NCBI RefSeq assembly: GCF_044704955.1
Contig: NC_091999.1
Location: 23,684,001 to 23,748,000 of the forward strand
DNA length: 64,000 nt
Direction: 5' to 3'
Origin: Pristiophorus japonicus
Lineage: Eukaryota
Positions 25,135-38,835 of the stretch are shown here, piece by piece. The position numbers and the translations under genes are program-made. The notes beneath the pieces were generated by a model. It did no database searches. It was not told where the DNA came from and saw nothing but the letters and a program-made list of their open reading frames with translations. The first letter of the stretch is position 1. The number at the start of each line of letters is the position of its first letter.

Positions 25135-25735
25135 AATTGTTATAGAATGGAAAAGTGGTGAAGTTATGCTAAACTTGTATCGAATCTTGGTTAGACTTTG
25201 TGCCTGCAATTCTGGTCACCATATAATAAAAATGATATGGAGGCACTGGAGAGGGTGCAGAGAAGATTTCCAAGGATGATACCATAAAGGCGATCGTATA
25301 CCTATCGGGAAAGGATGGACAGGCCGGGTCTATCTTCTCTTGAAAAAAAAAGGCTGAGGGGTGACCTAATGTCTTTAAAATGATGAAAGGTTTTGATAGA
25401 GTAGATACAGTGTTTCCACTTGTGGGGACCAGCAGGATTAGAGGCCATCAACATAAGATAGTCACCAAGAAATCAAATAGGGAATTAAGAAGAAACCTCT
25501 ACCCAGAGAGTGGTGAGAATGTGCAACTCGCTGCCACAGGGAGGGGTTGAAGCGAATAGTATCGATGCATTTAAGGGGAGGCTAGACATGTATATGAGGG
25601 AGAAGGGAATCGAGGGTTATGTGGATATAGTTAGATGAGGAAAGAAGGGAGGAGGCTCGAGTGGAGCATAAACGCCGGCATGGACTGGTTGGGCCGAATG
25701 GCCAGTTTCTGTGTCGTATAGCCGATGTAATCCTA
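25135..25735 (+). mobile_element. CR1 LINE 3' fragment
   Basis: CAATTCTGGTCACC, AGGCTGAGGGGTGACCT and the 3' UTR GGGCCGAATGGCC motif. Confidence 0.85.
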
Positions 25736-26399
25736 TTGTCCAAGTCACACTGCTCGAAGGGGAAGATAAATGACTTGCATTCAAACGCAATTGTTACTTT
25801 TGTCTTCTTGGTAAAATGACCATGTCTGGGCATAATTTGTTTGTGAAATTAATACTGATTTTATATATATATATATATATATGTATTGCAAAGCGTCGCT
25901 GGTCAAACACATGGGAAGGAAAATTTAGCTGAAAATTGAGATCATTAAGTTTTATTTTTGAAAAGGTCCCGTCTCTGTGGTTCTGTCCAAACTATGTATT
26001 CAGCAATAAGTTTTTGGGGGTGACTGTTATGCTAAAGGTAACTAACATCCTTCCTCTTGTAGACTGAATTGCTCTCTGGCATATTTTGGAGAATAAAAGG
26101 TCCAAGAAGAGGTTTGGTTAAATAAAATTAAACAAAGAAACTGGGTCAAAACTTGAACCAACTGGGATTATTTGATCGATGTTTAAAGACAGTATGATAA
26201 TATTGTTTTAGACAGTAAAGTTCCTCCGGGCTCATGAATGAAATGGTGAACACTGTATAAAATGTAATGAGAGGAAATGAGTGAGGATATACGAGGAAAA
26301 CAGGAAAGTTACACCTCCAAATAGAAATGTTTCTTAACTCATTGTCATAAATCACCTGCGTACAATCTGGTGTTAATGTAAATTCTTGTTAAAGTCATG

Positions 26400-29300
26400 G
26401 AAGTGTTGGAAATTGCTAAGATTTCTCTCTCAGATGTTTGTGTCATTGCCTACACTGAACAATAAGAAAACTGAATTTGATCGCCTGGCCACTACCCCAG
26501 ACATCGGGACTGTGCAGAGGGAGATGAGCAAAGATCTTCAGACACCCCACGATCTTTTGATAAGTACACCTCAAATGGCTTGGATCAGATGTCCCATTGG
26601 GCATGATACTGTGATACCGCTGTGTGTGTGTGTGAACGAGTCTCAGGCATGCTCCGTTATCGACAACAGCACAACATGAAATGGCTAATGTGGCTCAGGA
26701 GAGTGAGAGAACTTTTTAAACCATCAAGGCCGTGACACATTCTCCATAGAAAAAGCGACTTTGAAATAATCAGGATGGAGTTAAACACACTGCTACCTGT
26801 CAGAGGCATTAGAATTAACAGTGGCGAGAATGCTGATCAAATTAGGATTTCCTTACAGCTAGAATGGTCGTCAGTTTCAAGGCCTCCACTAAGTACTGAA
26901 CAAAGAAAGCTTGTAGAGGGGCTAAAAACCAAAAAAGCCAGCCTGTCTGTGTCTGGACAAGGTGGCCATGGCTGTGTACAGATCAGCTACAAGCTGAAGG
27001 TGGGAGATAAAGAGGCCAGACCTCACAGGCTCCATAACAAAACATGAATCCAAGTGAGAGGCCATCTCCAGCAGGAAGCAGAGGACCTCAAAAGGGATAG
27101 TTTTGGAATCGTGATAAACCGAGGTATAGACCCTCAAAAGCATAATTATAGTGGTAATAGAGAAAGAACCCTAAAGCCTGCTCCTTGGAAAGATTGGGAG
27201 GCCAGGAAGACTCCCCTGAACCAGGTGGGTTGGGACACATCCTGACCCCAAACACTAAATTAATAGTGTTCACTTAAAGAGTTAGTATCACACCAGGACA
27301 ATAAGTAATTCAAGAACATTATGTCATACTTCAATACAAACTTAAAAGGTAATGACAGCAGGTTATTTTAAAGTAAGAAATGTCGTATGTTGATCAGTAA
27401 TCTTAACTATTGGTTTGCCAAGTACAAACGCTGATAGTGATCATCATATGTGGGACTTAAATAAAATGACATCCCACCTCACAAAAAGACTCGACCTGTC
27501 CCATCCAGTAAAAGAACCCACATTTTATGGACTAGAAGTAACTGAATCAGGAAATGTATTATCTAACAATGTGTGTTTTTAAATTGTGAATTGAAATCAA
27601 AAGATTTAAACATGAGCTTGAATCTATCAACTAGATTATGTGAAGGGAGATATTCACAGTTAATAGACAAAATTGGAAGAGAATTAGTAAAGGATGTGTT
27701 AGTAAAGAATAGAACACAGGAACCAAGGGATGAGGAAGATGGGGAAAACAAGGAGAAGCTGTTTAAATCGACAGTAAAGTGACAGCTGACAGGATAGCTC
27801 AGAATAGGAGCCACAGCAAGGTTAGCAGGAGTAAACAGAATAGATACAGAAAGTGAATGGGAACACGATGTGGCTTACTGGTGGTATTGTGTGTAGCCTC
27901 TGTGACATTTATGATGAATGTGGTACAGAAGGGACTAGACAAGAAAGAGAGTAATCAAATTCCTTTGTTTATTCATGAAGGACAACTGAGAAAAAGGTTT
28001 CGGGGAACCAAGTCATAGGCTTTGATGTGATGCAGCCAATAGGAATGGGGATTTGTCCCCTAAGGAAGGAGAAAGAAGTGAAGATATTAGACCAGTGGGA
28101 TTGGTCTTGCCTTTGCTGAGGAAAAATAGAAATGAAACGAAACCTTGGACGGTGTATCGGGTAGAATCGTTTGCAAGGGTGGAAGACTGAGTTAGGTCCG
28201 ATCCATAAACAGTGTGAGGTATATCCAAGATATCTGATTCAGAAGGGAGGAACTTGGATAGCACCAGATAAGCAGTGTTGTACTCTGAAAGGAGCAACAT
28301 GGCTGTAGCATTGACGGGGAAGGAGGTGATCTGTATAAAGAATTCGAAGGGGTAAGCTGCAGGACAAGTTATAACGAACCACAGAAGGCTGAAAACCAAG
28401 GGTGGGATAGGTGTATTGCCTGAAAAAGAAGGAATACAACTAAAGGGAGAGTGTACCCCAGCGATCGTTAGAGGAAATATACGGCGTATGACCTGAAGCG
28501 TGACATGGTAATAACACAGTGAAGCTGGTATTGATCGTGTGTAGTGTAAGCAAAAAGGAATTCGAGCTAAAATGTGGGGTGGGACCCCAGGATCCTAGGA
28601 AAACTGGCCAGTGGGATAAAATGCAAGCTAAAATAAAGGGAAAATTATTAAAAGAAAAGAAAAATGTTGGAAAAGCAAATTGAATTTACAAAGGACAGTT
28701 AGTTTTTACCAAAAGATACAAATGCGAACTTGAAAGCTGCAGCAGCTTGAAAGAGAAACAAAGATGTTGAGGAAAATGGACTGGAGGAAGATCATCAAAT
28801 TACAAAAACGAATTTGAAGAAATGAGATTTAAATTGGCTGTGAAAAAGATATTGGTTTAAATATAAAAACTTACGAGTTAAACCCGACAAAGCTTTGTGC
28901 TGAGAAAGAGAAACAACGATGTCTAACTATGGACTGGAGTAAGGTCATCAAAAAATTATTAAGTTCGGATTCAAAAGGGGGAAAAGTAGTGAGCTAGGCG
29001 AACTCAGCACAGAAAGAAAAAACTGGGAGTTACAGAATTCTTAAAAACGATGGACCGGCACCGAAGTTTAGATTTTGTGCCGAGAGAAATAAAATACAAG
29101 ATTTGCTCAGTGAACGGGATCGTGAAAAAACCAAACTGCTGGAATGTATAAAGATTGCGTGGAAATTGGATTTCTGTAAACAGAATAGCTATTAAAAATG
29201 TGTGGTCTCGCTTTAAATCAATGAAAAACTCGTTGGCAAGTATTTGAATTGGATGTGTAGAGAAATTGGAGTTTAATCTAAAATGCTGCCTTTCCTGATG

Positions 29301-29860
29301 AAAAGGTTTTATTATGACAACTTTACTAATAATTTCTGCTATTTTAACGGATTCCTAATTTGTAATCAAGTTTTGAAAGCACAAAGACTTGGGGAAATAT
29401 TTTCAGATGAATACCCGAAGTCACGTAATTACGTCAGACCTTCTTACAAACCTGTAGTGGAATTAACCCATTCCATTGACAGCTGTTTTATTTATACTGG
29501 ACATTATCAGTTTGGATTTCTTAATAAAAGAATGAAGACTTACCCGACAGACAGAGGACATGGTGGGATAGTCAGAATAAAAATAAAATGAAGAAAGGTG
29601 ATGCAATAATACTTGCCTGCTACAGAGGAGAGATAGATACTCAAACAAAACAAAAGTTAGCAGCCCGTCTGCCTGTGGACTGCAAATTTACAGAGCGACC
29701 TTCCTCACCCCGACCCTTTCGGCCCAGCAGACCATGCCAGAGTTTACTCCATCATCACGTCCTGATCTTAAACGGAGTGCACAAAGAGAGTGGTCAACAT
29801 GGGAACGTAGGGAAAGTGAGATTCGGTGGTAAGTCCGTGGTGAGTCTAGCTGAGTATTAG
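26400..29860 (+). mobile_element. Highly degraded endogenous retrovirus remnant(s): pol-like, env-like (27560-28500) and further gag/pol-like sequence
   Basis: Purine-rich coding-like strand; env-like segment TVK*QLTG*LRIGATARLAGVNRIDTES followed by VVQKGLDKKESNQIPLFI, colinear with the env at 34.8-35.2 kb. The pol/gag assignments are weak. Confidence 0.5.
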
Positions 29861-30109
29861 CTGTAAGAAGGGAAATTTAGATTAAGGTTTTGAATTGAAC
29901 TTAGAACTTTAAATACAGAAATAAGCAGAAACTGCCTGTTAGTAGTAGTTAACCACCAGTCAGCTGTAAGTGTTAGTCTGAAATATGTGCTAATTACTGC
30001 CAGCAATGGGCATGGAGCTGAGACAGCACTTGTAATTTGTGTGTGGCTCCAAAGATATAAAACTAAACACTGACTTGTGATTCTCAGTGTGTTCTGCACA
30101 GTGATATTA

Positions 30110-31340
30110 AACGGAATTTGGTGAGAGTTTGAATGGGAACAGTGGTTGAAGGAGGTGCTGCTTTGGCCTCCAAATTACAGCCGGTCGATGAACGTTTGGT
30201 GAATATACCTTTTCTCTCGAATATTGGTCTCCACTAAGACCTGGGAGCAATAACAATACTTTATTAAATTAATAATTTAACTATAATTACTAATAAATTA
30301 ATATCATTATAAATAACCATTGAATAAAAACTAAGTAATTAAATTAATTCAGTGTGTAAATAAGCAAATAAATTTATAAAAAAATAACTAAAGATGGCAG
30401 GGTAGGCAATGAGTCGAGACTGTAGTGTGTATGAGTTTGTGGACATCAAATCTGTCCCACTTTCCCACATCTGCAGGAAATGTCTCTGCTTTATTCACTC
30501 TGGCTCAGCGCAATTGGGCTGGAGTGCGAGTTCGACACACTCTGAAACACACAGGATAAGTGATATAATCCAGAAAACAGTCACATCCCACAGAAAAACG
30601 CAGGTTCAGGAAAGTCCGTGGTTGATTGGGTGCCGTGTAGCAATAACTAAGGAGAGGCTGAGAATGAGATACTGCTCCTACCCAACGATAAGGATAAAGA
30701 TTGCGTGGAGGACATCCACAATACATACCAAGGTACGTCGCTCATAATGTTGTCCACAGGCAGAGATAGGAAGAAATATTAAACAATTACTTTGCATCAG
30801 TATTTATCAGGGAGTCAACACAGGTGGACATGACATTGGATGATATTAGAAATGAAATAAATGCATTTAAAATAACAAGAGGCAAAATATTATATAAACT
30901 AATCAAACCGAAATTGAATAAAATGCCGGCTTCGGACAAATTACATCGAGGGAAGAGATAGCAGAGGCATTAATAAACATATTTAATACTTCGTTAGAAT
31001 AAAGTGCAGTGCCGGAGGATTGGCAGATACCTAATGTAATACCTATTTTTAAGAAGGGAGGTAGAACGTGTCTGAGGAACTATAGTCCAGTCAACTTAAC
31101 ATCGTTGGGAGGAAAAATAATGGATTCCCTACTAAAGGAGAAGGTGGAAGAACAACTAGAAACCAAAAATGAATAGTCAGCATGGATTATAAAAGGGAAA
31201 GTCTTGAATTGACCAAATTCTTTGAATTTTTTGAAGAAGTAACAGATAGCGTAAACTAACGTAATGTAGTAGATGTAATTTATCTAGATTTCCAAAAGCC
31301 TTCGATAAGATACCCCATAATAGATTGAAAGGGCAGAACA
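30110..31340 (+). mobile_element. Internally deleted CR1 (5' UTR, ORF1 start, ORF2 piece)
   Basis: ORF1 N-terminus DCSVYEF..HICRKC; ORF2 motifs GATTGGCAGATACCTAATGTAATACCTATTTTTAAGAAGGG and TATCTAGATTTCCAAAAG. Confidence 0.75.
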
Positions 31341-31345
31341 AAAAT

Positions 31346-34300
31346 TGTAATTACAATTAATAATAATAATTGGGATGTTTTAAAATGGAGTTAGCAGATT
31401 TTTAAAATGGATCCCACAGCCTGTTTTTCAATCAATGGGAAGCATGTGTGGGATGCCTTCCGCAGAGGGTCAGATGTTCCAATGCGTAGACCAAAGGCCT
31501 TGGGAGCTGGGCACAGACACAGATAACATCGAATTTGAATTCTGTAATACGATACAAGTTAAATAAAAAGAATCATAACAACACGTATCCTGAATTACTA
31601 ATTAAACCTATAGAGGCCAGATTGGAGGAAGCAACCTACCAGATAATCATGTATTAATCAATCAGCACGTATTAATTGTAACTTGTGTAATTAAGTAAGA
31701 CTATAATCTGAAACTTTATAAAATAAGATGTCTCTGGCAGTTTCTCTGAGCATTCCTTCAAGGGTAGCTCAGCTGTCAGCTTGTATCTCCGAGTGGTGGT
31801 TTGAAGTTAACTCTAACAACGTGGCGCAGTCAACAGGATCCACTCGACGGGCAGATTAGACTCAAAAAGCCAAAGCCAAACCAACCGAATAACGAGTGAG
31901 TAGAGAATTACCTTGAGAAATTCACCTCGCAAAGTAACCAGATATCCAACGAATCTGAGGTAGAGTCCATGCAGCCAGTAAATCCAGTTGAGGGGCGCGT
32001 CAGGACAATGTAAATAAGTACTGTAAGTGTTGGGACAATAAGTACGCATACGGGATATCGGGGAAAAAGCCTCAGTGTAAATATTTCCGCATAATTAAAG
32101 GTGGAAAAACAGCACTAGTTAAAAAGCATTGATGTAAAAAGTTCTGCTTAAGTAAAGATGGTAAAACAGGAACTGGGGAAAAAGCCCCAATGTCTGAAAT
32201 GGCAAAGGAATCTGCCAAGGCCCTTGGAGGGCTTCGGTATAAACTACCAGAAGAGTTTCTGAGAGATACACCTGAAAAGGTCATGAAGATGGTTAAGGCA
32301 GGATATGATGAAGGGAAAAAGATAATTTTAACAGCCGGAAAGATGAATAGAAAGATACCCGAAGGTGAGATGGACAGAGAAAGTGACAAAAGACAACAGG
32401 ATGTAAGTATAAAAATAGATATAGATGACAGAAGGGAATGGACAGAGGAATTTGGCCCAAATTTGTATACCACACTAATAGGGTTATGATTAGGACTGAG
32501 GAAAATAAAGGATTGATTGGGGGCCAGAAGGCTCGCTGAGTAGATATTTTTCGTAAGTCCATAACACAAAATGTTAGTGACTATCTTAAGTGAAGTATGG
32601 ATCCAAAAATAGAGCCGGCCAAACAATAAGCTTTGTTGAATGAAGAGAGACTTTTGTGAATGTCTGTCTTTGAATGAAAGTGCTTGTGTGATTTTTGGCT
32701 GCGAAATATTTGAGGTGGGAATTAATGAATTTTTCATGTGTCTGTAAGCCTGCTTCAGAAAGTGGTAGAGCTGTCTGTTGTTATGGCTCCACCCACTTTT
32801 TCAGAAAGAGTGATTTGTTTTAACCCTTTGCAGTGTTGTCCTGTATGAAGGAAGTTTTAAGAAAGTGTGAACCTAGATTTGAATTACATTTTAATTTAGA
32901 AACCCAGGCGTGGATTTATTCAGATGATATGTTATGGAGCTAGGAAATGCACAAAGGATAGGTTTGTTGAGCAAAAGATAAAAAATGTGTGGTCCCGATG
33001 GTTTAAAAAAAACATTTCGACACGCTCACTTGTCAAAAGAAAACATGTAATCATTGATTACATTTGTTTGAAAGACAATACATTTAGTCTAGGAATGAGA
33101 TAAAGAACGGAGAAGGGAAATTGTAATGCCTTAAAAAAAGAATCCTGCGTGGGTGACTCAAGGCTGCGGTCTTGGGAAGTACGCCCCATATTTCTTTGTG
33201 TAAAATCTTGATGCGAAAGCTTCGAGCTCAGTAACAATATTTTTAAATCAAAGATTGGCATATTTGAATTGGGATTTTGAGATACTTGTGGTGATTCTCC
33301 TTGATAAACATTTTGGTTGTATTGGAAAATCTTGGGTTTGGAAGACTTTTAATAAAAGTAAACATACTGCGTCAGAAGCTGAAGCTTTAAATGATTACAT
33401 TTATGAGATACTGTATCACAAAATTGCAGTTACAGCGCAAAAGATTCGAGTTTTTGATGTTCAGCTTCTAAAGCAGAAGTGAGGCACATAATTATAAAAC
33501 AAGTAATTTGCATTCTTTGATCTGTGAATCACTATAAGCATAAATGATAAGTCCGATTAAAAAACAGTATTATCATATTTGACATTTCATAATCCAACAA
33601 TAAATACAAATACTACAAAAAGGGAGCAGAAATTAGGATGGAAGCAGTGAAGAGTTAATTTTGTTGTGAAGATTTCAAGTACAACTATTTAAGAAAATAC
33701 GCAACAAAATTAGATACATTTAAATTAAAAAGTTAAATCTGATCTCTTAAAAAAAAGAATAAACTATAATGTTTGGAAACAATGTAGAAATACCTTCAGG
33801 GATCAGGTCAAACTCCTGGGCAAGTGGGGAGCTATCTGCGAAATTGCAAAAGGAATTTAGAAAAAAAATAAATATTAAAATGGCAGGCTTTAGCAGTTTA
33901 GAACAAAGGAAAATATAAGTTGAACTTGTGACTTCAGATACGGTGGTTGAAGAACCATAGAAACTGAGACGTAAAGGCTTTGATACTGGAACATTTGAGA
34001 CAACAGAAAGCAGTTATCAAAGCCTACGTGATAGACTCTGTTCTAGTTATGAAAAATACATTTGAGATAATGGAAAGCAAGATGTAAACTAAATCCCAAA
34101 AAGGCACAAATCGGACAATTTGTGGTACAGTACCTGGGACACGAAATATCCCAAGGAAATCGGACCATGTCCAATGTCGGGAAGGAGGGCATTAGGATTA
34201 TGCCCCGACCAAAACCAGTCTGAGGGGTTTGTAAGGTACTGGGGTTCTTTAGCTATTGTAGGAATTTTGTGCATAACCACAGCAATTGCAGAACCAATAC

Positions 34301-35254
34301 AGTGGCTAGTGAAAGGAAAATCCGGTTGAAATCGAAATGGTAAGACTCTAACTAAAACCTGGAATATCCAAGATGTGCTTTATCAACAGAATATAAACGT
34401 GATCATCACCGTCCTTCCGATTCTACAAGGACAAGCTACAAGGCCGCCCCGAGGGGGCCCAGAAGCATTTAACCACAGCGGAGGGTACAACAACTACATA
34501 AAGCAGCATCTAGGGGGCGGCATCTAAGTGTCGGGAGCGTTTGTCTTGAAGCCATAATATAAGTGTGTAAAAAATGTTACCTGAATATTGTAAACCAGGG
34601 GAATTAACCTTGGGAAATAGTTAAACCTGGAACAGAAGTAATGTTGTTATTTGACAATGTGTAGCATGAAATGTTACCTGTGAGCATAAATTAATCAGCC
34701 AGAAAAAAATAACCACAAGACTAAAGCGTTGTAAATACGATTGCTAGACACAATCCTGAGAATATCTAGCGACACATCAGGAGCAAGGGAGTAACACAAG
34801 AAGCTGAGACACAAAGAAGGAAGACAGAGGAGATATACAGCGAATGACGTATTAACTTTAAAGGGACATCTCTAGTAGTTGCACCAGATATACAGGCGAT
34901 CCAGGCAGGTGTAGAAAGTTTGAGGGGAACAACGGAGTTACTAATCAGGAAACAGGCGATGATTGGGATAGAATCTTCAGAGTTAGGATCTAAAACATCC
35001 CAAAAAAATGCTAGAGCGTGTAGCCGTATTGGAAGGCCATGCACGAAAAATTAACGAGCAAAATAAGCAGGAATTGAGAGGACGATGCCGAGGACAGGAA
35101 AAGAGACACATGTCATGCTGATGGGAGATGGATGATTGGTCAGGTGAGACACGATATGGATCAGATACAAACCGGGCGAGTTACAGGTACAATAAATAGC
35201 ACCCAGTTGAAAGAAATGGCACAGCACACTGGGCCATTAGATGCATGCACCCTG
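31346..35254 (+). mobile_element. Degraded endogenous retrovirus: 5' LTR (~31346-31818), PBS, gag/pol remnants, env; truncated by a CR1
   Basis: TG...CA segment with TTTATAAAAT at ~31715 followed by a PBS; hydrophobic signal-like GSLAIVGILCITTAIA (~34240); RQRR furin-like site 34822-34833 followed by GTSLVVAPDIQAI and heptad-like sequence. Confidence 0.68.
31822..31839 (+). other. Primer-binding site complementary to tRNA-Ser
   Basis: TGGCGCAGTCAACAGGAT versus TGGCGTAGTCGGCAGGAT expected for the tRNA-Ser(AGA) 3' end plus CCA (15/18), 3 nt after the CA LTR end. Confidence 0.75.
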
Positions 35255-38200
35255 AAACATAGAAACATAGAAACATAGAAAACGGTTGCAGGAACAGACC
35301 ATTCGCCCCTTCGAGCCTGCACCAACATTCAATAAGATCATGGCTGATCATTCAACTCAGTACCCCTTTCCTGCTTTCGCTCCATATCCCTTGATCCCTT
35401 TACCTTAAGGGCCATATCCAACTCCCTCTTGAATATATCTGATGAACTGGCATCAACAACGTTCTGCAGAAGAGAATTCCACAGGTTAACAACTCTCTGA
35501 GTGAAGAAGTTTCTCCTCATCTCGGTCCTAAATGGCTTATTCCTTGTCCTTAGACTGTGACCACTGGATCTGAACTCCCCCAAAATCGGGAACATTCTTC
35601 CTACATCGAACTTGTCCAGTCCCATCAGAATTTTATATGTTTCTGAGGTCCCCTCTCAATCGTCTAAACTCCAGTGAATACAGACCCAGTCGATCCTATC
35701 TCTCCTCTGATGTCAGTCCTGCCATCCCTGAAATCAGTCTGGTGAACCTTCGCTGCACTCCCTCAATAGTAAGAACGTCCTTCCTCAGATTAGAACAAAA
35801 CTGAATACATTATTCCAGGTGAGGCCTCACCTAGGCCCTGTACAGCTGCAACAACACCGCTCTGCTGCTATATTCAAATCCCCAAGATATGGGGCCAACA
35901 TGCTATTTGCCTTCTTTCTGTCTGCTGCACCTGCATGCCAACCTTCAACGATTGATGTACCATGACACCCGGATCTCGTTGCACTTCCCCTTTGCCTAAT
36001 CATCCGCCATTCAGATAACATTCTGCCTTCGTGTTTTTGCCACGAAATGCGTAACCTCACATTTATCGTTATTACACGACATCTGCCACGCAATTGCCCA
36101 CTCACCTAACCTGTCCAAGTCACCCTGCAGCCCCTTAGCATCCTCCTCACATATCACAACGCCATCCAGCATCATGTCATCTGCAAAATTGGAGATATTA
36201 GACACAATTCCTTCATCTAAGTCATTGATGTACATTGTAAATTGCTGGGGACCCAGCACTAAGCCATGCGACACCCAACTAATCATTGCCCGCCATTGCG
36301 AAAAGAACCCGTTTATCCCGACTCTGTCAGCCAGTTCTCTATCCACATCAATACATTACCTCCAATGCCATGTGCTTTAATTTTGCACACCAACCTCTTG
36401 TGTGGGACCTTGTCAAAAGTCTTTTGTAAGTCCCACTACACCACATTCACTGGTTCTCCCTTGTTCGCTCTACTAGTTACATACTCACAAAATTCTAAAA
36501 GATTTGTCAAGCATGATTTCCCTTTCATAAATTCATGCTGATTTGGACTGATCCTGATAGTGCTTTCCAAATGTGCTGCTATTTCATCTTTAATAATTGA
36601 TTACAATATTTTCCCCACCACTGATGTCAGGCTAACTGGTCTGTAATTACCTGTTTTCTCTCTCCCTTCTTTTTCAAAATGTGGTGTTACATTCGCTAAC
36701 CTCCAGTCCATACGAACTGATCTAGAGTTGATGGACTGTTAGAAAATGATCACCAATGCATCCACTATTTCTAGGGCCAATTGCTTAAGTATTCTGGGAT
36801 GCAGACCATCAGGCCCCGGGGATGTATCGGCCTTTAGTCCCATCAATTTTCCGAACAAAATTTCCCACAAATAAGGATTTCCTTCAGTTCCTGCTTCTCA
36901 CTAGCCCCTCGGCCACGTACTATTTCCAGAAGGTTATGCGTGTCTTCCTTCGTGAATGCAGAGCCAATGTATTTGTTCAACTGGTCTACCATTTCTTTGT
37001 TCCCCATTATAAATTCACCTGAATCTGACTGCAAGGGACCTACGTTTGCCTTCACTAATCTTTTTCTCTTCACATATCTATAGAAGTTTTTATGTTCCCA
37101 GCAAGCTTCCTCTCATACTCTATTTTCCTCCTCCGAATTAAACCCTTTGTCCTCCTCTGCTGAAATCTAAATTTCTCCCCGTCCTCAGGTTGATGCTTTT
37201 TCTGACCAATTTATATGCCTCTTCCTTGGATTTAACATTATCCTTAATTTCCCTTGTTAACCACGGTTGAGCCACCTTTCCCGTTTTATTTTTTTACTCC
37301 AGACAGGGATGTCCAATTGTTGAAGTTCATCCATGTGATTTTAAATGTTTTCCATTGCCTATCTGCCATCAACCCTTTAAGTATCATTTCCCAGTCTATT
37401 CTAGCCAATTCATGTCTCATACCATCGAAGTTACCTTTCCTTAAGTTCAGGACCCCAGTCTCAGAATTAATTGTTTCACTCTCCACCTTAACAAATATTT
37501 CTACCTTATTATGGTTACTCTTCCCCAAGGGGCCTCACACAACAAGATTGCTAATTAGTCCTTTCTCATTACACATCAACCAGTCTAGGATGGCCAGCCC
37601 TCTAGATGGTTCCTGGACATATTGGTCAAGTAAACCATCCAGAATTCACTCCAGCAAATACTCCACCGTATTGCTACCAGTTTGGTTAGTCCAATCTATA
37701 TGTAGATTAAAGTCGCCCATGATAACTTCTGTAGCTATATTGCACACATCCCTGCTTTCTTGTTTGATGCTGTCCCCAACTCATTACTATTTTTTGGTGA
37801 TACACAACTCCCACTAGCGTTTTCTTCCCTTTGATATTCCGCAGCTCCACCCACACAGAATCCACGCGAATGTCCTTCCTTACTATTGGGTTAATTTCCT
37901 CTTCAACCAGCTATGCCACCCCACCTCCTTTTCCTTTCTGTCTATCTTTCCTGATTGGTGAATATCCCTGGATGTTGCGTTCCCAGCCTTCGTCACCCTG
38001 GAGCCATTTCTCTGTGATGCCAATTACATCATATTCATTCATTGCTGCCTGTGCAGTTAATTTGTCCACCTTATTACGAATACTCCTCGCATTGAGGCAC
38101 AGTGCCTTCAGGCTTGTTATCTTAACACACCTTGTCCCTTTATAATTTGGCTGCAAAATGGCCCTTTTTGATTTTTGCCTTGGGTTTCTCTGCCCTCCAC

Positions 38201-38530
38201 CTTTACTTTTCAGCCCACATTTTACTTCCCTCTGTCTCCCTGCATCGGTTCCCATCCCACTGCCATATTAGTTTAACCCCTCCCTAACAACACGAGCAAA
38301 CTCTCCCCCGTGGACATTGGTTCTGTCCAGGTGCAGAGCGTCTGGTTTGCACTGGTCCCAGCTCCCCCTGAACCGGTTCCAATGTCCCAGGAAATTGAAT
38401 CCCTCCATTCTGCACCACACATTCATCTGAGCTATCCTGCGATTCCTACTCTGACTAGCAGGTGTCAGTGGTAGCTATCCTGAAATTGCTACCTTTGATG
38501 TTCTATTTGTTAACTTAGCTCCAGGATCCC
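35255..38530 (-). mobile_element. Near full-length degraded CR1 LINE
   Basis: (ACATAGAA)n tail at 35257; NFADD, NARSIRNK..ITEKWL, and an ORF1 esterase remnant at 38280-38530. Confidence 0.92.
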
Positions 38531-38751
38531 TAAATTCAGCTCGTAATTCCTCAGACAGAGTGAGTCAGACTCAAACACAAACACATAAAGAGCTCTCTTA
38601 ACACAGAGAGTGAGAGGCACAGAAACATTGCATAATCCCATTTCTTTGTCAGTTGAGAATGTTATAAAGTTATCGACATGTACAGATTCAACAGAATACA
38701 TTTGCGTATTACTGAGCAGGATGGGAGGAAATCGGTTTGAATTTAAAGATT

Positions 38752-38835
38752 TACCAAGAGTGGGGTATCGCACCCACACAGCTATACACCCAGTCGATTT
38801 TATGTCCAACGCCTAACCGACTCGGCCATCCTGGT
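38752..38835 (-). pseudogene. tRNA-Leu(TAA) pseudogene, copy 1
   Basis: Matches the vertebrate ACCAGGATGGCCGAG...CCCACTCCTGGTA pattern; B box and stems mutated. Confidence 0.85.

Noticed and set aside
30097-30135. CACAGTG heptamer as a possible V(D)J RSS
   Set aside because: No nonamer at 12/23 spacing and no adjacent V, D or J segment.
32072-32737. 221-aa minus-strand hydrophobic ORF
   Set aside because: Antisense shadow of the purine-rich retroviral gag-like region; no recognisable motif.
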